A program made the translations under genes and the position numbers. Shown piece after piece: positions 36,618-50,375 of a stretch of 64,000 bases of DNA (within the stretch, counting starts at the first letter, position 1; every line of letters starts with the position of its first letter). This DNA comes from Botryllus schlosseri (lineage: Eukaryota): NCBI GenBank assembly GCA_051294905.1, contig CM119372.1:3164001-3228000 (forward strand), given 5' to 3'. Under the pieces are notes generated by a model. The model did no database searches, was not told where the DNA came from, and was given only the letters and a program-made list of their open reading frames with translations.

Positions 36618-38174
36618 CAGGGGTCGGCAACCTTTTGCTAGTCGCGGGCCAAATCTCGGGTGAACAACCTTTTGGCGGGCCGGATTTTTTCTTAGTACTA
36701 TATTTTACGCTCACTTCGGTATATTATCCTACATTGCTGCAATCTCAATCATACCAATCCGAAGACACCTGTATTTACACTTCAACGACACAGAATAATT
36801 GTAACAATTGACGCAGCTTGCTTTGTGAAAGGTTTTCAACTTCTGGTAACAAGTTAGATGAAACAAGAATCAGACCCTATTCAAAATGGACGTCCGAAAT
36901 ACGTGATCTTAGCTTGCTATTCGTGAACTATTGTTCACATGCGTACGTGCTTCCAAAAATTGATGCAATTTCTTTTGCATTGCTGGTCAAGCTGGGATAA
37001 AGACCAATTTCAAGAACGTACTCTTTGTCAAAGTCATGCAGCGATATGCTCTTTGTATGAAATTTGTCATTCAATTCAACTGCATCGCATTTCAGAAAGG
37101 CCCATTTAAAATTTTCAGGCAATGGTATTGGCGTCCACATCGAACAGAGTACTGAATAGTAAGAATTCATTTTGTAGAGAAGGAATGTCGGGAAAGCGGG
37201 TGAATATTCAGTAGTTAATTTTCGTATCACAGTTACAAATGTAGTGTTGGTACTAGGTTTTCTCTCCTCCAGTATAGAAAAGTGAGTATAATTTTCTTTG
37301 TACTGTTGACATTTCCAGAGTCACAGATTTGTTTTGAATGCGCCTCAACATCTCATGTATGAAGTTGTTTTCCCCTGAAGTTGCAAGTTCAATTTGTTCA
37401 GATGTGACGTTAAATGTACCAGGAAAGCAAGATGAGATACCCATTTTCGATTACAAAATTATGAGTCGGCGATATTTGTGTTTTCGAGGAAAGTTGCAAT
37501 TTCATTTCTCAATTCATACACTCGTGTAAGCATAGCTGCTCCACTCAATGAGCGAACATGACAGATATAGGCCTACATGACATCGCCATATTGATTCTCT
37601 GCTTCTAATAATATCTGGCGTAACTGATTCAGTTGATGAGACAGTTTTCACCATTGTTGCCAAAACACTATTCAGGTTTTTTGTCTTGGCACACAATGCC
37701 TTCTGGAAAATCAAACTATAGACAGGCTAACTAACATACGGAGGCTAGTTATCTATAATTTAATAGTTCGAGATTCCGTCATTGCGTCTGAGATGCTCCA
37801 AGTGTTTTTTGAAGCAAAGGAAGAACACCTTTATTGTCACACCCCGTTAGAGTGATTAACCCTTTAAAAAAACATGGAACACCTTCGGTTGCGAGATACA
37901 CCCGATTGAAATAAGCACTGGTCCAGTCTAGTCCATCTCCATCTCCTACTTCAACCATCTTCGTTTTATGGCGTAACAATAGACTAATACGATGTAGGCT
38001 ACTATTATATCGTAGCAATGCCGCATTTTTTTCATGCAGCGCTGCACTGCAGATTGAAACTCATTATGAAGCGGCGGGCCGTATTCTTGTGATAACTAAC
38101 TATTATGTCGCGGGCCGGACGATTTCGCTTGGCGGGCCGGATCTGGCCCGCGGGCCGTAGGTTGCCGACCCTTG
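36618..38174. mobile_element. hAT element in TXN intron 3
   Basis: CAGGGGTCGGCAACC / GGTTGCCGACCCTTG, perfect TSD TCTATAGG. Confidence 0.9.
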
Positions 38175-38554
38175 TCTATAGGCAACAAGTTATTGTAGTG
38201 AAGTCAAAGGCATAATTGTTTTATACTAGGTCATGTAGATTTCATCATAGAATGGAGCTAGGTTAGAAAAGTTTTGAATGATATATTCGTATTCAAATAA
38301 ACAGGATTATTTTCGGCTGACACTCCTCAAGGGTAACCATCAGCAACTACTAGGGGATAATGTGATGTATCTTTTACCGGACTTGGGACGACTAAATATT
38401 TCTAGTTGTGGAGTAGGGTTATCATGTCCTCCTTTTTGACAATTTGTCCTCTTTTTTAGCCTAAAATGCCCCAAAATACCACGAAAAAACACGAAATATT
38501 GGTCTAAAAAATCTGAAAAATTACCTTTTTTTTGTCGACACTGATAATATAAGG

Positions 38555-39674
38555 CAGGGGTGGGCAAACTTTTGAGCTCGCGGGCCGCATTCAACATCGG
38601 AATCCATTCGCGGGCCGCACTATATAAAACAGGGATTTTAAACAAAAACGCAATACTGGAATTTGATTATATAGTGAGGACATAGAGATGATATGTATGC
38701 TTATTTAAAACAAACCAAACATTGCTCTGATGATATCGTACACGCGTCAGAAACAGTGGCGAGATTTCATAGGCTGGTCGACCTCAATGACCAATTTGTC
38801 AAAACTACAGAGATGAAGATCGGCTGTCCCGATTCTTAGAATAGGATTGAAATTTAGATCTCTGAGCATCGATCTGTTCATAGATTAACTCAATTCACTT
38901 TTAATTCAGTTCCAGGACACACAATGCTGACGGCATCATAACCATGTTGGCTTCAAACACGCTTCTACTATATGTGTATATAAAATATAAATGCCCTAAT
39001 TCTACGAGAACGAATATACCTAAGTCGGGCGCGAATCGTTTTTATAAGCACATCACTGAAACAATTAAAACTGGAGTGGCTAATCTGAAATCACACTCGC
39101 GATCCGAATTATCTCTACCTCGTTTAGGATTTCTGTGTTGTTTAGCAATTGAAACCTTTCAAACTGCCTGGGCCTTGAGATCGAGCTGTGGCACCAGAAA
39201 TTAAACATAAAAAATATAGGAAGTATTTACCTTAGAACAGTGGCTCTCAAACTTTTCAAGACACGCCCCCTCCTTGTGAAGATGAAAGATTTCGTGCCCC
39301 CCTTATCGTCATATCACAAAACGCAACCAGGATGCTAGCAAACCTAACGGATAGTTTGATGGCATGGAAGGTTACGACTGTGGATGATAGATTTTTAAAT
39401 ATGAAATTTATGCTAAATACATAGCAACCATTATGAATTGGATGTAAATCGCGCGTAGCGCAAATTTCTTTTTCAGTTTGACTCAGATTCGCACCCCTTT
39501 TCACGTGCTTTCACGCCCCCAGTTTGAGAACCACTGCCTTAGAATCACCAGTTTAATCAAGTCCCTGCATTAATTTGATTTTAGTACATATTTTATCAAT
39601 ATTTTAAATAATTTTCATTAGACTCTCGCGGGCCGCACAGAACGGTGTTGTGGGCCGTAGTTTGCCCACCCCTG
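38555..39674. mobile_element. hAT element with nested MITE 39238-39536
   Basis: Outer: CAGGGGTGGGCAAACT / AGTTTGCCCACCCCTG, TSD ATATAAGG. Inner: CAGTGGCTCTCAAACT / AGTTTGAGAACCACTG, TSD CCTTAGAA. Confidence 0.92.
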
Positions 39675-39972
39675 ATATAAGGTGAAAGCAGGTATTTCCG
39701 TAGTCGAATCGAAAAAATGTAAATATTCCGAAATCAGCTGTTTTCAATTTCGGTAAACAAACTTTTCTGATTTGATAAAAGAATAGACATTATCAGATTG
39801 AACTCTGATTTGATGGAAGTGAATTGGATTTTTGTCGTATTTCTTTCCAATTCGGAATATATTCAATTTTCATTCCCACATTCGCTAATTATTTATTATC
39901 ATTCTGATTTGGAAAAGCTGAAAAGTTTCTAGTCGTCCGACCCTCTCGTTTACACTGTTTCTCCGCTCGCAG

Positions 39973-40038
39973 GAACTCAGCGAGGATTGCAACGTGGTTT
40001 CCCTTCCGACATTTATCGTCTTCAAAGCGGGTAAAGAG
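39973..40038 (+). CDS. TXN: Thioredoxin exon 4 (cis-Pro loop)
   Basis: ELSEDCNVVSLPTFIVFKAGKE, bounded by tcgcAG and GTGGGT, phase 0. Confidence 0.92.
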
Positions 40039-40558
40039 GTGGGTTGACGAATAGCTGAGCTGGCGATGTACATCGCTATCGATGGTTTGTTTTCTGTCTT
40101 CTGGAGATTCGCTGATTAAATTGTTGCGTTGCTTAACAAAATGCTGCCCACCAAATTTGGCTCGGTTCCAACTGTTCGACGTGAACGCACAGGATTTAAA
40201 TATTTTAAATTTATTTTTAAAAAATTTCAAATTTTACCGTCAACCCCATGAAATTGTTTGGTTGTCTAGAAAAACGATGCAAAACAAATTTGACGTGATT
40301 CCAACCCGTGGAAGAGAAGTGATTTGAATTTTGCGTTCGTAATTCTGGAAGTACCCACTGTCCAGGTTATTTTTGCGAATCCAAAAATTTTCAACTGCAA
40401 TAACTTTGCTTCTACCGGTCAGAGGTGAGAAAGAAATTGGTAAGCATCGTTCTTTTAGACAACTTGACAATTTCGTGGGGTTGAAAGTAGAATACGAAAG
40501 AAAAATAATTTTACTATAAATCAAAATTTTTTCAACTTCACGTTCACATCTACTAGTT

Positions 40559-41216
40559 CAGTGGTTCCCAACCGGGGGGGGGAATCCCCCCCTTGAGGGA
40601 ATTTTGGAATTTTTAGAGGGAATCTGGCTTTGGCATTGTATCGGAAGATACACTGGGTTCACAAAGGTTTTTAGATATTTATGGTATAGAATTGTTAAGT
40701 AGAAATTAGTTCTTTACAATTGTTTAAATGCCTTCCGTAGTTATTACACCCCCTGATAAAGTGTGGCTCACGAGACAATTTCGTTGGGTCCGCGACAGCC
40801 TCTCGACCGAATTGCTACTAAGCAAGAAAACGTCAAGTCAAATTCAGCACAAGGCCGCTAGTGAAATTGTTTGACTTTTTGAGTCAACATATGAGCTAAC
40901 GTGAAAAACATACCAAATTCATCGATTCAATTCAAGTCCATAGCAAGCGGACTTGGTGATTTTTTTTTCGTCAGCGGCTACCCGGCCGGTCAAAAACAGG
41001 TCAAATTTGAGTGTACTTTACCAAAGTTTAGTGTGGTCCGCATTCGCCATAGTTCGGACATATCTGAATATGTTTGGCCATTAATTGCTCAGTCAACAAA
41101 TGGTTGCGCGTTAAAAAGCACAGTTTTTTAGTCACAGGCCACTTTTTCATTGGGGGGAATTTTAGCTCAAATATCGGCAAAGGGGGACACGAGACGGAAA
41201 AGGTTGGGAACCACTG
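40559..41216. mobile_element. hAT MITE in TXN intron 4
   Basis: CAGTGGTTCCCAACC / GGTTGGGAACCACTG, TSD TACTAGTT/TACTAACT. Confidence 0.85.
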
Positions 41217-41777
41217 TACTAACTAAAACCGAGTCAAATCTGGTGTGCAGCGTTTTTGAGGCGACCTAACAATTTCATCGTTGATCCATGGAATCCGAAA
41301 AAAATAAACTTGGAATCGAGATCCAGGCCTACATTATTGTTGTACTAGAGATAGAGCGGATTATGCACTGATCAAGGATAATCCCATAATTATCAAAGAA
41401 AAACTCAAATAACTCCGCTTCTACGTTTTGCAATTGAGTCAAATTTGTTTTGCATCGTTTTTGAAGACAGCACAACAATTCCATGGGGTTGACAGAAAAA
41501 TTTGAAAAAAAAACAAACTAATTTTGCATTTTTTAATTAGTTAAAAATTTTCAAACTGTACGAAATCCGCGATAACCGTTTGGAATGAATTCAAATTTGG
41601 TGTGAGTCGATTTTCAAGGCAACCTAACGATTTAATCACCTAGCCAGCAAGATTCAGGAAAAACAGTTTTTTTCGAACAGCCGTACTGAACAAGAATAAG
41701 CCGTGTCGATAACTGTGAAATGGGCCGATTTCAATTTTGCGTCCGTCTGGCACTCGTTATAACTGTTCCCGGTTTAG

Positions 41778-41843
41778 GCCAACAGAATGATCGGAGCGAG
41801 CGAGAGCAAATTACGGGTCACGCTGACGAAGGCTTTGGAATAG
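41778..41843 (+). CDS. TXN: Thioredoxin exon 5
   Basis: ANRMIGASESKLRVTLTKALE* after gtttAG. Total CDS 321 nt = 106 aa. Confidence 0.88.
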   Translation, partial: ANRMIGASESKLRVTLTKALE

Positions 41844-42339
41844 CATGTACGTCAAGGCGCAACACTATCGATAGGATCGCGGTAGAACATTTCAAGAAGA
41901 GTTATGCATGCATTAATGATGTGTCCTGCAGCAATTTCTGTTTGTTATTTTTTAAGGATTTGATGTCAATGTACTATCATCATAACGAATCGTCCGAATC
42001 TCACCGTATGTTGAGTGTCTTAACTTAGAGCAGCCGTTTGTCAGATAGACGAGTCAGATAGACGCAGTGTATCCTCCTATACGACATTTCGTATCTAGAA
42101 TATGACAGTGCACCTCATTGCGTACGTTGGAAGGGAAACTCTTTCGGTGCAGTACTACCGGTCTTGTGGTGATCAAGCGCCCACGTTGTGATCACGTTTA
42201 TAAGTGTATTGCTTCAAGCTGTTGCTCAGCGTGCGTCCTCGTCGGGTTACCATATGTTCACCACTGATTACAAGTAGTACAGAAGTCTTTCAAACGGCCC
42301 TCCATGGGAGACTAGCGGTACCCTTGAGGTCAATACGCA

Positions 42340-43230
42340 TAGGCTTACCATTAGGGCTGGGCACAATGATTCGAGTACTCGAATCTGAATCGAGTATTAA
42401 TTTTAATGATTCGAGTCGAGTAGTAAAAGACGATTTTTTCGAGTACTGAAATTGCACGCTCCTCGCAACTGAAAGTTAATGAACCAGCGAGAATTACAGT
42501 TTTGATAATATTTCCCACTGAGGAAGCCTTGAAACCTTGATTGGCCGTGTCGTAGCATGATAGACATAGTACAAAGCTACGCACGTTACTGGAAATAACA
42601 CATTTCCGAAGTCATGATCGTTCCACAACATTGTCAAGAAGTGCAATGAAGTCGGTATGGTCGAAAACATACCGAAGTATCATTAATGTGACGGGTAACA
42701 GGCATTATGTTCTTCTCGGTGGCATAAAAGGTACATCTTTGAACTTTGACTTAGTACATTCTGTTGTGACGTCATAATGGGTGATACTCGAATACTCGAC
42801 TCGACTCGAAGCATTTTACGTGATTCAGAATCGAATCACTCAGGTACTCGATTTTGCCCAGCCCTACTTACCATACGTCCTCTTTTAAGAGAATTTGTCC
42901 TCTTTTTTGACTTTTTTGAAAGTGTCCTCGGAGGACGGCCTTTTGTCCTCTTTTTTGAGATTTTGTCCTCTTTTTTGAAAATTTTGGTCAGATTTAGAGC
43001 AAATTGCGAGTGATATGCCGTAAGTTGGTACAGAAGTGACGCTCCGGAGGGTTTTTCGGAGCGAAAAACGCTATATTGAGCTCCGAGCGGAAAGATGACC
43101 TTTTTTTTTAGTCAACCGGTCACAAAGTGGGAAAAATTCACCGGTTTTTGAGAATTCTACTCCAGTTTTGCAAGTCTCAAATTTCTGAAAAAGTGTCCTC
43201 TTTTTAGATTTCCAAAATATGGTAAGCCTA
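42340..43230. mobile_element. hAT MITE with a second element (42352-42866) inserted in its TIR
   Basis: Outer: TAGGCTTACCATA / TATGGTAAGCCTA, TSD AATACGCA. Inner: TAGGGCTGGGCA / TGCCCAGCCCTA, TSD CTTACCAT. Confidence 0.9.
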
Positions 43231-43615
43231 AATACGCATACTCAAGTTGAGTAACTCAACTGATACAAATGATTTGTGATCATACGCCCGTCTTGCTCAT
43301 CATTGGTTACAGTATAGAATGTAAACGTTTACATTCCATAGTTACAGGTAATTTGGCCCGTACAGTAATTATACAGGGAGGCTTGGGTACGAAACCGAAT
43401 CCCCTTCCTTCTGAAATTCAAATTCTATCTTCGATCTTTATGAGATAATTTGTGAAAGAAATTGGCGTCGCACTGTTCCTTTCGACCGGATAATACGATT
43501 AGTATCAGTTTAATAATATTTTCATCATCGCATAACTGCGATACAATGAAAAGATGGAAGGTGTCGAAACGACTTGGAGTAGTCTTTGAGGTCAGACACC
43601 CACCTTGGCCTAGGG

Positions 43616-44747
43616 CAGGGGTTCTCAAAGGGTGGGCCACAAGAGCATTTGGAAATAATGTAAGTTAAGTGAAATTTGTTGTGTTAATCGCTAAAAAATA
43701 AATTCATACTAGTTGATTAGGCTACATAAAGCTTTTCATCCGACTCTGATGAGACGTAGTGGTACGTTTGGAGTCAGCATTTCAAGTCAAAAATGGGAGG
43801 CAGAAACGGCGGCTTTTTCCACTGGCTATGACTACCTATGGCTATAACAGCAACTGAAATAATTTCACGTATAATACCTGGAAGGTAATGCTGAAGTAAC
43901 CAAGTAATCCGGCAGGGTCATAATGTCGTATGCCGTTGAAAGGGGTGTGCAATAAACTCGGAATGAAGTGTAATTGATGTATAGATTTACTGTACTTCGG
44001 CAGGTCATATTATTGTAAGTTAAAAATGGCCATAATTGCAAATTATTAGCAACTTCTGGTGGAGGTATACTGCACCACCGCAACGATTAGTGCTGGATTG
44101 AGGATTCAGCGGGGCGCATTAGTATTTGGAGACTGTTTAAAATGTCATGCCTGGAAATCAATGTACATAATGTAAGAGTCACATGAATTGATAGTATCAC
44201 TGGATTGAATATTCCGAATCGCAACTTCAGTTGGTTCAGTACGGGACATACAATGTGCATTGTACAGCATGCACAATAAGAAAATCTTTCTCCACTACTC
44301 TGTAGTACCCCATTCACCAATGAATTGTTTGAAGCTGGTCCAGAATGATTAGGCTATATACTATTCCCTCAATAGTGGAACTGAAATCCCAATTACACAG
44401 TGTATGCGGGAATTCGATCATTGTGTTTCGCGAAGCGAATGGAGCAGCGGACGATCATAAAATACTCAGAAGTTTTAGCATATGATCTACCAGAGCCGTA
44501 ACTGCCGCACCCAAACCCCCAAATTTCGGGGAGCTAGAAGGGGCCCAAGATTATTTCGTTGGTCGTTTGTTGGAAGATATTCATTCAACTTGAAAATTCC
44601 TGCCCCGAGTTGTCTATAGTTTCATCAGTCAATTGGGAGAAAAATGCGCATATTTTAGAGAAATAGGCATATCAGCGCCATCAATTACCACGCATTGAAC
44701 AGGATTATGACTTTAAGATTATGGGGGGGGGGGGCTGAGAAACCCTG
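43616..44747. mobile_element. hAT element inserted into a LINE 3' UTR
   Basis: CAGGGGTTCTCA / TGAGAAACCCTG, TSD GCCTAGGG/GCCTAGGC. Confidence 0.8.
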
Positions 44748-44759
44748 GCCTAGGCCTAG

Positions 44760-47700
44760 TAGGGTTCTGGTTTAAATCAGGCCGATTTAAATCATTGTGA
44801 TTTAAATCAGGTTTTTTTTCTTGATTTTTGATTTTAATTTCACCAATATTGATTTTAATGATTTTTTTGATTTTTTCAAATTTTCTGACGAGATGCGTGA
44901 ATGTGGTTTATTATAGGACAATCATGTGCGTTTTATATAAACCGGACGTAATATTTCGTCACCGGCACCGTTATGGTTCAGCTATTTGACAGACAGGCGG
45001 GTAAAGAGCAAAGAGCAGTAGTCAATCAATTACTTCGTTTCCATGCTCGGCCGACGGTCGGCCGAAAGGCCATGACGCATGCGTTGTACATGTCGGCCGT
45101 GTTTCCATGACCAGGCGTAATCCGACCGTGACTTGACCGAACTAGGTGGGCGAAGCGATCGCAATGACGTTTTTGGATTACTTTATGTAATAATTTCATA
45201 ATAATCACAAGATTGCGATAAAATGACTCGGTAGGAATGAGCCGAGATGATTTGTAGCGGTCATTCAGTCGAACAACACGCTTTGACCTTGAACACGTAG
45301 GCCTAAATCCATCCAACATGTAAAATGGTCATGATGAACCAATTGCTTAAAACTAACAGAAGATAAAATAAAATGGAAAAAAGGTGAAAATTGGTGGCAT
45401 ATCTTAGTATGTGGGGGATATGGATATGGGATATCGTGGTCCAATAATTTCGAGCGCAGAATAGTAACTTGTCCAGTAGTCTACCGGACTGTTTCTAGAC
45501 TGTTTCGTCGTCATGATTCAGACTTGAACTTCCAGTGTCCTGTTGATGATTTGCTTACAAGGGGAATGTGAATAAGTTCACCTAGTTTGTGGTCAAACGG
45601 TATAGTTTGTATTGTACCCATGCACCAGAACACAAACCCTCGAATTGTGGCAGCAGCGTATGTAATAAGATCGCGAAGATTTCGGTAGCCTACGAGTAAT
45701 TCGTAGCAGTACCGGTACTACTAAATTCCATTGCAATGGTAATTAAATTCCGGGTTTTTCAAGGCGTCCAAGATCCGTCCGGAGTGCAGCCATAGTTAAT
45801 TTGATACGAAAAGTGTATTGTAAGTAGCGAATACCAATTCGCTAATCCAAGACACAGCGCAAGCATGGCCGAAGGGCTAAGCCGAAGGGTTCACTCGATG
45901 GCCGACGAGTCGGCCGACGTGGGTGTGCAATCTGTAAATGCGCAACAAAATTCTCTCGTTCGTCGGCCGAATCTCTCCAAAATGGGCCCATCGGCCGTGC
46001 ATCGAAACGCAGTAATTATGTTAGTGGTTTGCAGTGGATACTGGATAGTTAGTTGTCTACGACATGCTGCTGCTATTTCTGAGGCACTCGTGCGATACCG
46101 AAAAGGAAGCACAATCCGGGGTCTCTATCGAAAGATTCCCTAATCTCTGATGCCTAAGCGTTGCAAAAATCAGTTTGCAGTCATTGCAGACTGGAGCGAT
46201 GGGCCAACTAGCTGTGGAATGTGAACACAAGTAAGATACTATGTCATTATGTGTGATTCATATTTATGTAGCTGCTTGAATACTGGTTATGGATTGAAAT
46301 AGAAATGAATCTGTGTGTACCGTAAACAGGAACGCATACCGTAAAACACCATATCCCTAGATTTATCAGAACACGCGCATGACGTTCGGTGAAAATCTCA
46401 CCCTCGACTCATCCCCTCAAGCTCGATGCTGAAGCAATCAAGGGCCATAACTTTGCCATTGGCAAACATCTATTGGGCAATCCCGCTTGTATATGTTAAC
46501 CAAAAATATGGTAGCTCGTAAGATTGCCATTTACGTTTAATTTTACTTCAGAAAAAGGGAGACAATACGGCACTTGGTTTTTGACTTAAACATGCATGCT
46601 GTGCTCAGAACAAGCAAGCTCCAATTACATAGAATAACTGTAAGCAATGATAGCGACATCAAAACATATAGAAAGAAAAGATTTAGACCAGTGGCTTCAA
46701 AACTTTTTTTGACTAATCGCATGTCTGAATTAAAAATCTTGCATTTTTGCAGCGATCTCTGGACAATACCTCTGCTGCCCTTCTTTTATCAAGCTGGATG
46801 TGGCTCAAGCTCGAGATTAAAAAGACTATTGCTCTTTGTGCGGACAATAAAGTCTAATGTTGTCAAAGATGCATCTACAAGAGCAATAACTCATGTCGGG
46901 GACCATCATTTAGTTTCATGGATTCTAGATCCTCGAGTTATAGGATGTAGCTTGGACAATGGACATTAATCGCAAAAGAGTTGATTGAGACCTGGCAAAA
47001 TGAATATTTTCAAAGATGGAACCAAAATGCAATGATTAGTCTGCTGGTAACCTATAATCGAACAATGAATTGGATTGATTATGATTGTAAAGTTGGTGAG
47101 TATAATTGTGTACACTCCACACACACTGAATGTCCCTTATCTTCCCTTGATTTTTAGGAATTTTCGATGCAGAATCGAGTATCTCGGTACCATATCTAAT
47201 TCATCAGCCAGCATTATTCTGGATGGATCATGCTGGTGTTCTCCAAAGCTTTCAAGACTCGCCTTTCGTCCGTTGCACATGCTGCATCTTGCGAGGGGCA
47301 TCAGGCATGTGCAGCCGCAACTGCAAACAAGAGTCGTGATTGCCTGCCACTGGCAAATCTTGAAGTGATGCTGCGAGTGAACGATCACTTCATGGACTAT
47401 GCTACTAACAAAGCAGATGAAGAGTTCAGGAAGATCAACAGTTTGCTGGCAGAGACCAATCCATCAATCAAGATGAAGATGCAACTATAATGGATGTTCC
47501 CGAGATAAATCAACATGTTCCTCGCTACTAGATCAGATCAGTAATGATTCCAACGACCCATCATTACCACATAGGTTAAACGTTTTCAGCTATGTGGGTG
47601 ATGATTCACAGCCCCACATTATGAAAGTTTAAGCGTTATCCTTCATCACCTTGATTGACAGTGTCGTCATTCATCGCATTTTCTTTTATTCGTGTTGTCG

Positions 47701-47802
47701 TTGTTATTATGAGTAAAAAAACCAAAAAAATCATGATTTGAATTAATTATTCGATTAAAATCGATTTTAATCAGAGGCAAAATGATTTAAACCGGAACCC
47801 TA
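44760..47802. mobile_element. hAT element (gatttaaatc family) with decayed transposase C-terminus near 47150-47490
   Basis: TIR TAGGGTTCTGGTTTAAATCA / TGATTTAAACCGGAACCCTA, TSD AGGCCTAG/GGGCCTAG. W..PKLSRLA...ASCE...LANLEVML remnant resembles the hAT dimerisation domain. Confidence 0.85.
45029..46016. mobile_element. Nested TIR element, probably PIF/Harbinger-like
   Basis: ATTACTTCGTTTCCATGCTCGGCCGA matches the reverse complement of TCGGCCGTGCATCGAAACGCAGTAAT. TTA/TAA flanks, internal tcggccga repeats. Confidence 0.7.
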
Positions 47803-49314
47803 GGGCCTAGGAGAATTAGAGAAGAGGCATGCACTTGCACACTGAATGAAAAGTAAAGCAGAGGATAAAAGGCAAGCGACAAAATGATGGGGCATGTGGT
47901 GGAAGGCGAGATCGATGTTAAATCGTGGTCCGGTAATCCTGATGGCTGACTAGTATTCATTTAGAAGAAATTGCTTGTATTTCGACTTGAATGCGGACAT
48001 GCTCGACGACAGTGGGATAGCCGGTGAGATGCTGTTCCACAATTGAGGTCCGGTAGGCTATACTTGATAGACTGATAGAGCAATGCGTTTTCTTGTATTC
48101 CGTCCTGATAATATGGTAGTTGTTCTTCGTTGACGAACGTGTGCCGTAGGCCTATACTTGTGCGCTTTTGACTCGGTTTTCGGTTTATTAGCAATTTTTA
48201 TCAGTTCAATACACCACACAAAAAATACGATACAATGAAAAGATAGTCAGGTGTCGAAACGGCTTGGAGTATTCTTTGGAATCAAACACCCACCTTGGCC
48301 CAGGCCCAGGGTCGGCAACCTACGGCCCGCCACGCGAAATCGTCCGGCCCGCGACATCATAATTAGTTGTCGCAAGAATGCGGCCCGCCGTTTCTTGTTG
48401 AGTTTTAAACTTCAGTGCCAGCACTGTTTATTTAGACAAATTGTAGCATTGCTAAGATATAAGTACGTTTGCTCTATTGTTACGGCCTAAAACTGGTGCG
48501 TAGGCGGAATTCTAGTATAATATATCGTACTAACCACAGTGCGAGATTGTCCGTAGAGTTAACGATAGTTGCCAAGAAGAATGCTCTTCAACCGAGTGCG
48601 TACACCCAATGGTGTAACATATATTTTAAAGCGTGTACCAATGTTAGGGTGACCATATTTTGGAAATCTGAAAAGAGGACACTTTTTCAGAATTTTCAGA
48701 CTTGCAAAACCGGAGGAAAATTCTCAGAAAATGGTAAATTTTTCCCAGTTTGTGGCCGGTTGACTAAAAATTTAAAAAGGTCAACTTTCTCGCTCAGCGC
48801 CCAACAGTTTTTTCCTCCACATTGTCAGGTGATTGACTAAAAAAAGGTCAACTTTCCACTCAGGTCCCGAAATACCCGCCGGAGCGTCACTTCTGTGCTG
48901 ATTTACGGCATCTCAGTCGAATTTTGCTATAAATATGACCAAAATTCTCAAAAAAGAGGACAAAATCTCAAAAAAAGGGGATAAAAGGGCGTACTCTGAG
49001 GACACATTCAAAAAAGAGGACAAGTCCTCTTAAAAGAGGACGCATGGTAACCCTAATCAATGTAGCATGTACCACTCTGATGGGTTGTACCAGATATCGC
49101 ATTACATTCGGCCGATGACTATAGCTATCACAACAATGCATATGCAGGCTTTCAGAAAAAGGTCGACTGGATGTAGAATACGGTATAATCATAGTGTCCT
49201 ATATGGTGTGGACACAAGCAAATCTCACGGCTCAGTGAAAACGGTCTTCGACACACTTTCCATTTGGTCAAACGCAAGTTTATGGCCATTTTTGACCTGC
49301 TGGCCGAGCCCGAG

Positions 49315-49580
49315 CGAGATAGTGTAATGGTTATGCGAACATGCGTCCGGCTTCTCGAGCGGTAGGTCGTGGGTTCGATCCCCGGCCGGGTCATACCAAA
49401 GACTCGAAAATTGGTATCCGCAGCTATCCTGCTATAGGCGCTCAGCAATCACGGATAGCATGAAGGAGAAAAAAACGGGGGCGCAGACTAGATGACCTCA
49501 TGGGGCCGTATCGCAACTCCGTCGTCAAAGCATCTCGATGGTGCAGGTGAAAAAGAATGCCATATCTCTCTCTCTCTCTC
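49315..49580 (+). mobile_element. tRNA-derived SINE family A
   Basis: A box TAGTGTAATGG, B box GGTTCGATCCC, (CT)n tail. Near-identical copy at 52295-52548. Confidence 0.9.
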
Positions 49581-50016
49581 CTAAATTCCATAAAACGGGT
49601 ATTAATGGAAAGCTGCTGCTATACTCATTACGAAAATATAAATTTTATTCTGCTCACGGTCCTGGACCCCCCCCCCCCATAACCAGCCTCGAATCTCGCA
49701 TTGTGATCTAGTTTTGAATTGTGACGCAACAATACTGCCTGATTCTTTTTTCATAGCTTCAATCTCGTTTTGCCAGACAGAATTGTTGCGTCACAATGTT
49801 AAAACTCGATCACAATGCAAAATTCGAGGCTGATTTTGAGGGGTTCCAGGACCATGAGCAGAATAGAATTTATATTTACGTAATTGGTACAGAAGCAGCT
49901 TTCCATTGATACCCGTTTTATCGAATTTAGCGCTCGGCAAGCGGGCCAAAAATGACCGTAAAGTTGCCTTGGACCAATGGAAAATGTGACGTAGAACAAT
50001 TTAACTGAGTCGTGAG

Positions 50017-50375
50017 TGGGGAAGCGAGTGGCGCAGTTGGTTAAGCACCAGCGTCGCGACACCAATGGCAGTGGTTCGAATCCCGGCTCGGACCAACTTC
50101 TATGTGTCGGAGGTTTCTCTGGGCTCCTCATCGCCGACCTCACTGCAGTCGCCTTGATATAGGTGAGCCGCGCCAAAAGTCGGCAGTAAAGATGAAGATA
50201 TACGGGCATGAAAATCGAGGGAGGCCGATGGTGAAAGAGTGCGAGTGTGAAAAGTCGCCCGGAAGATGACGATAAATCAAAGACAATGAAATATTACAAA
50301 TGTTACTGTCGTGGCGCACATGCCCTTACTAGGCGAAAAGCACCACTGTTGTTATGTCAATAAAACAAACAAACA
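50017..50375 (+). mobile_element. tRNA-derived SINE family B
   Basis: A box TGGCGCAGTTGG, B box GGTTCGAATCCC, AATAAA plus (ACAA)n tail, 14-bp TSD AACTGAG(T/C)CGTGAG. Confidence 0.9.

Noticed and set aside
49315..50095. tRNA genes
   Set aside because: A and B boxes are present, but I see no clean cloverleaf or Pol III terminator. They continue into SINE bodies with simple-repeat tails, a TSD or a second copy.
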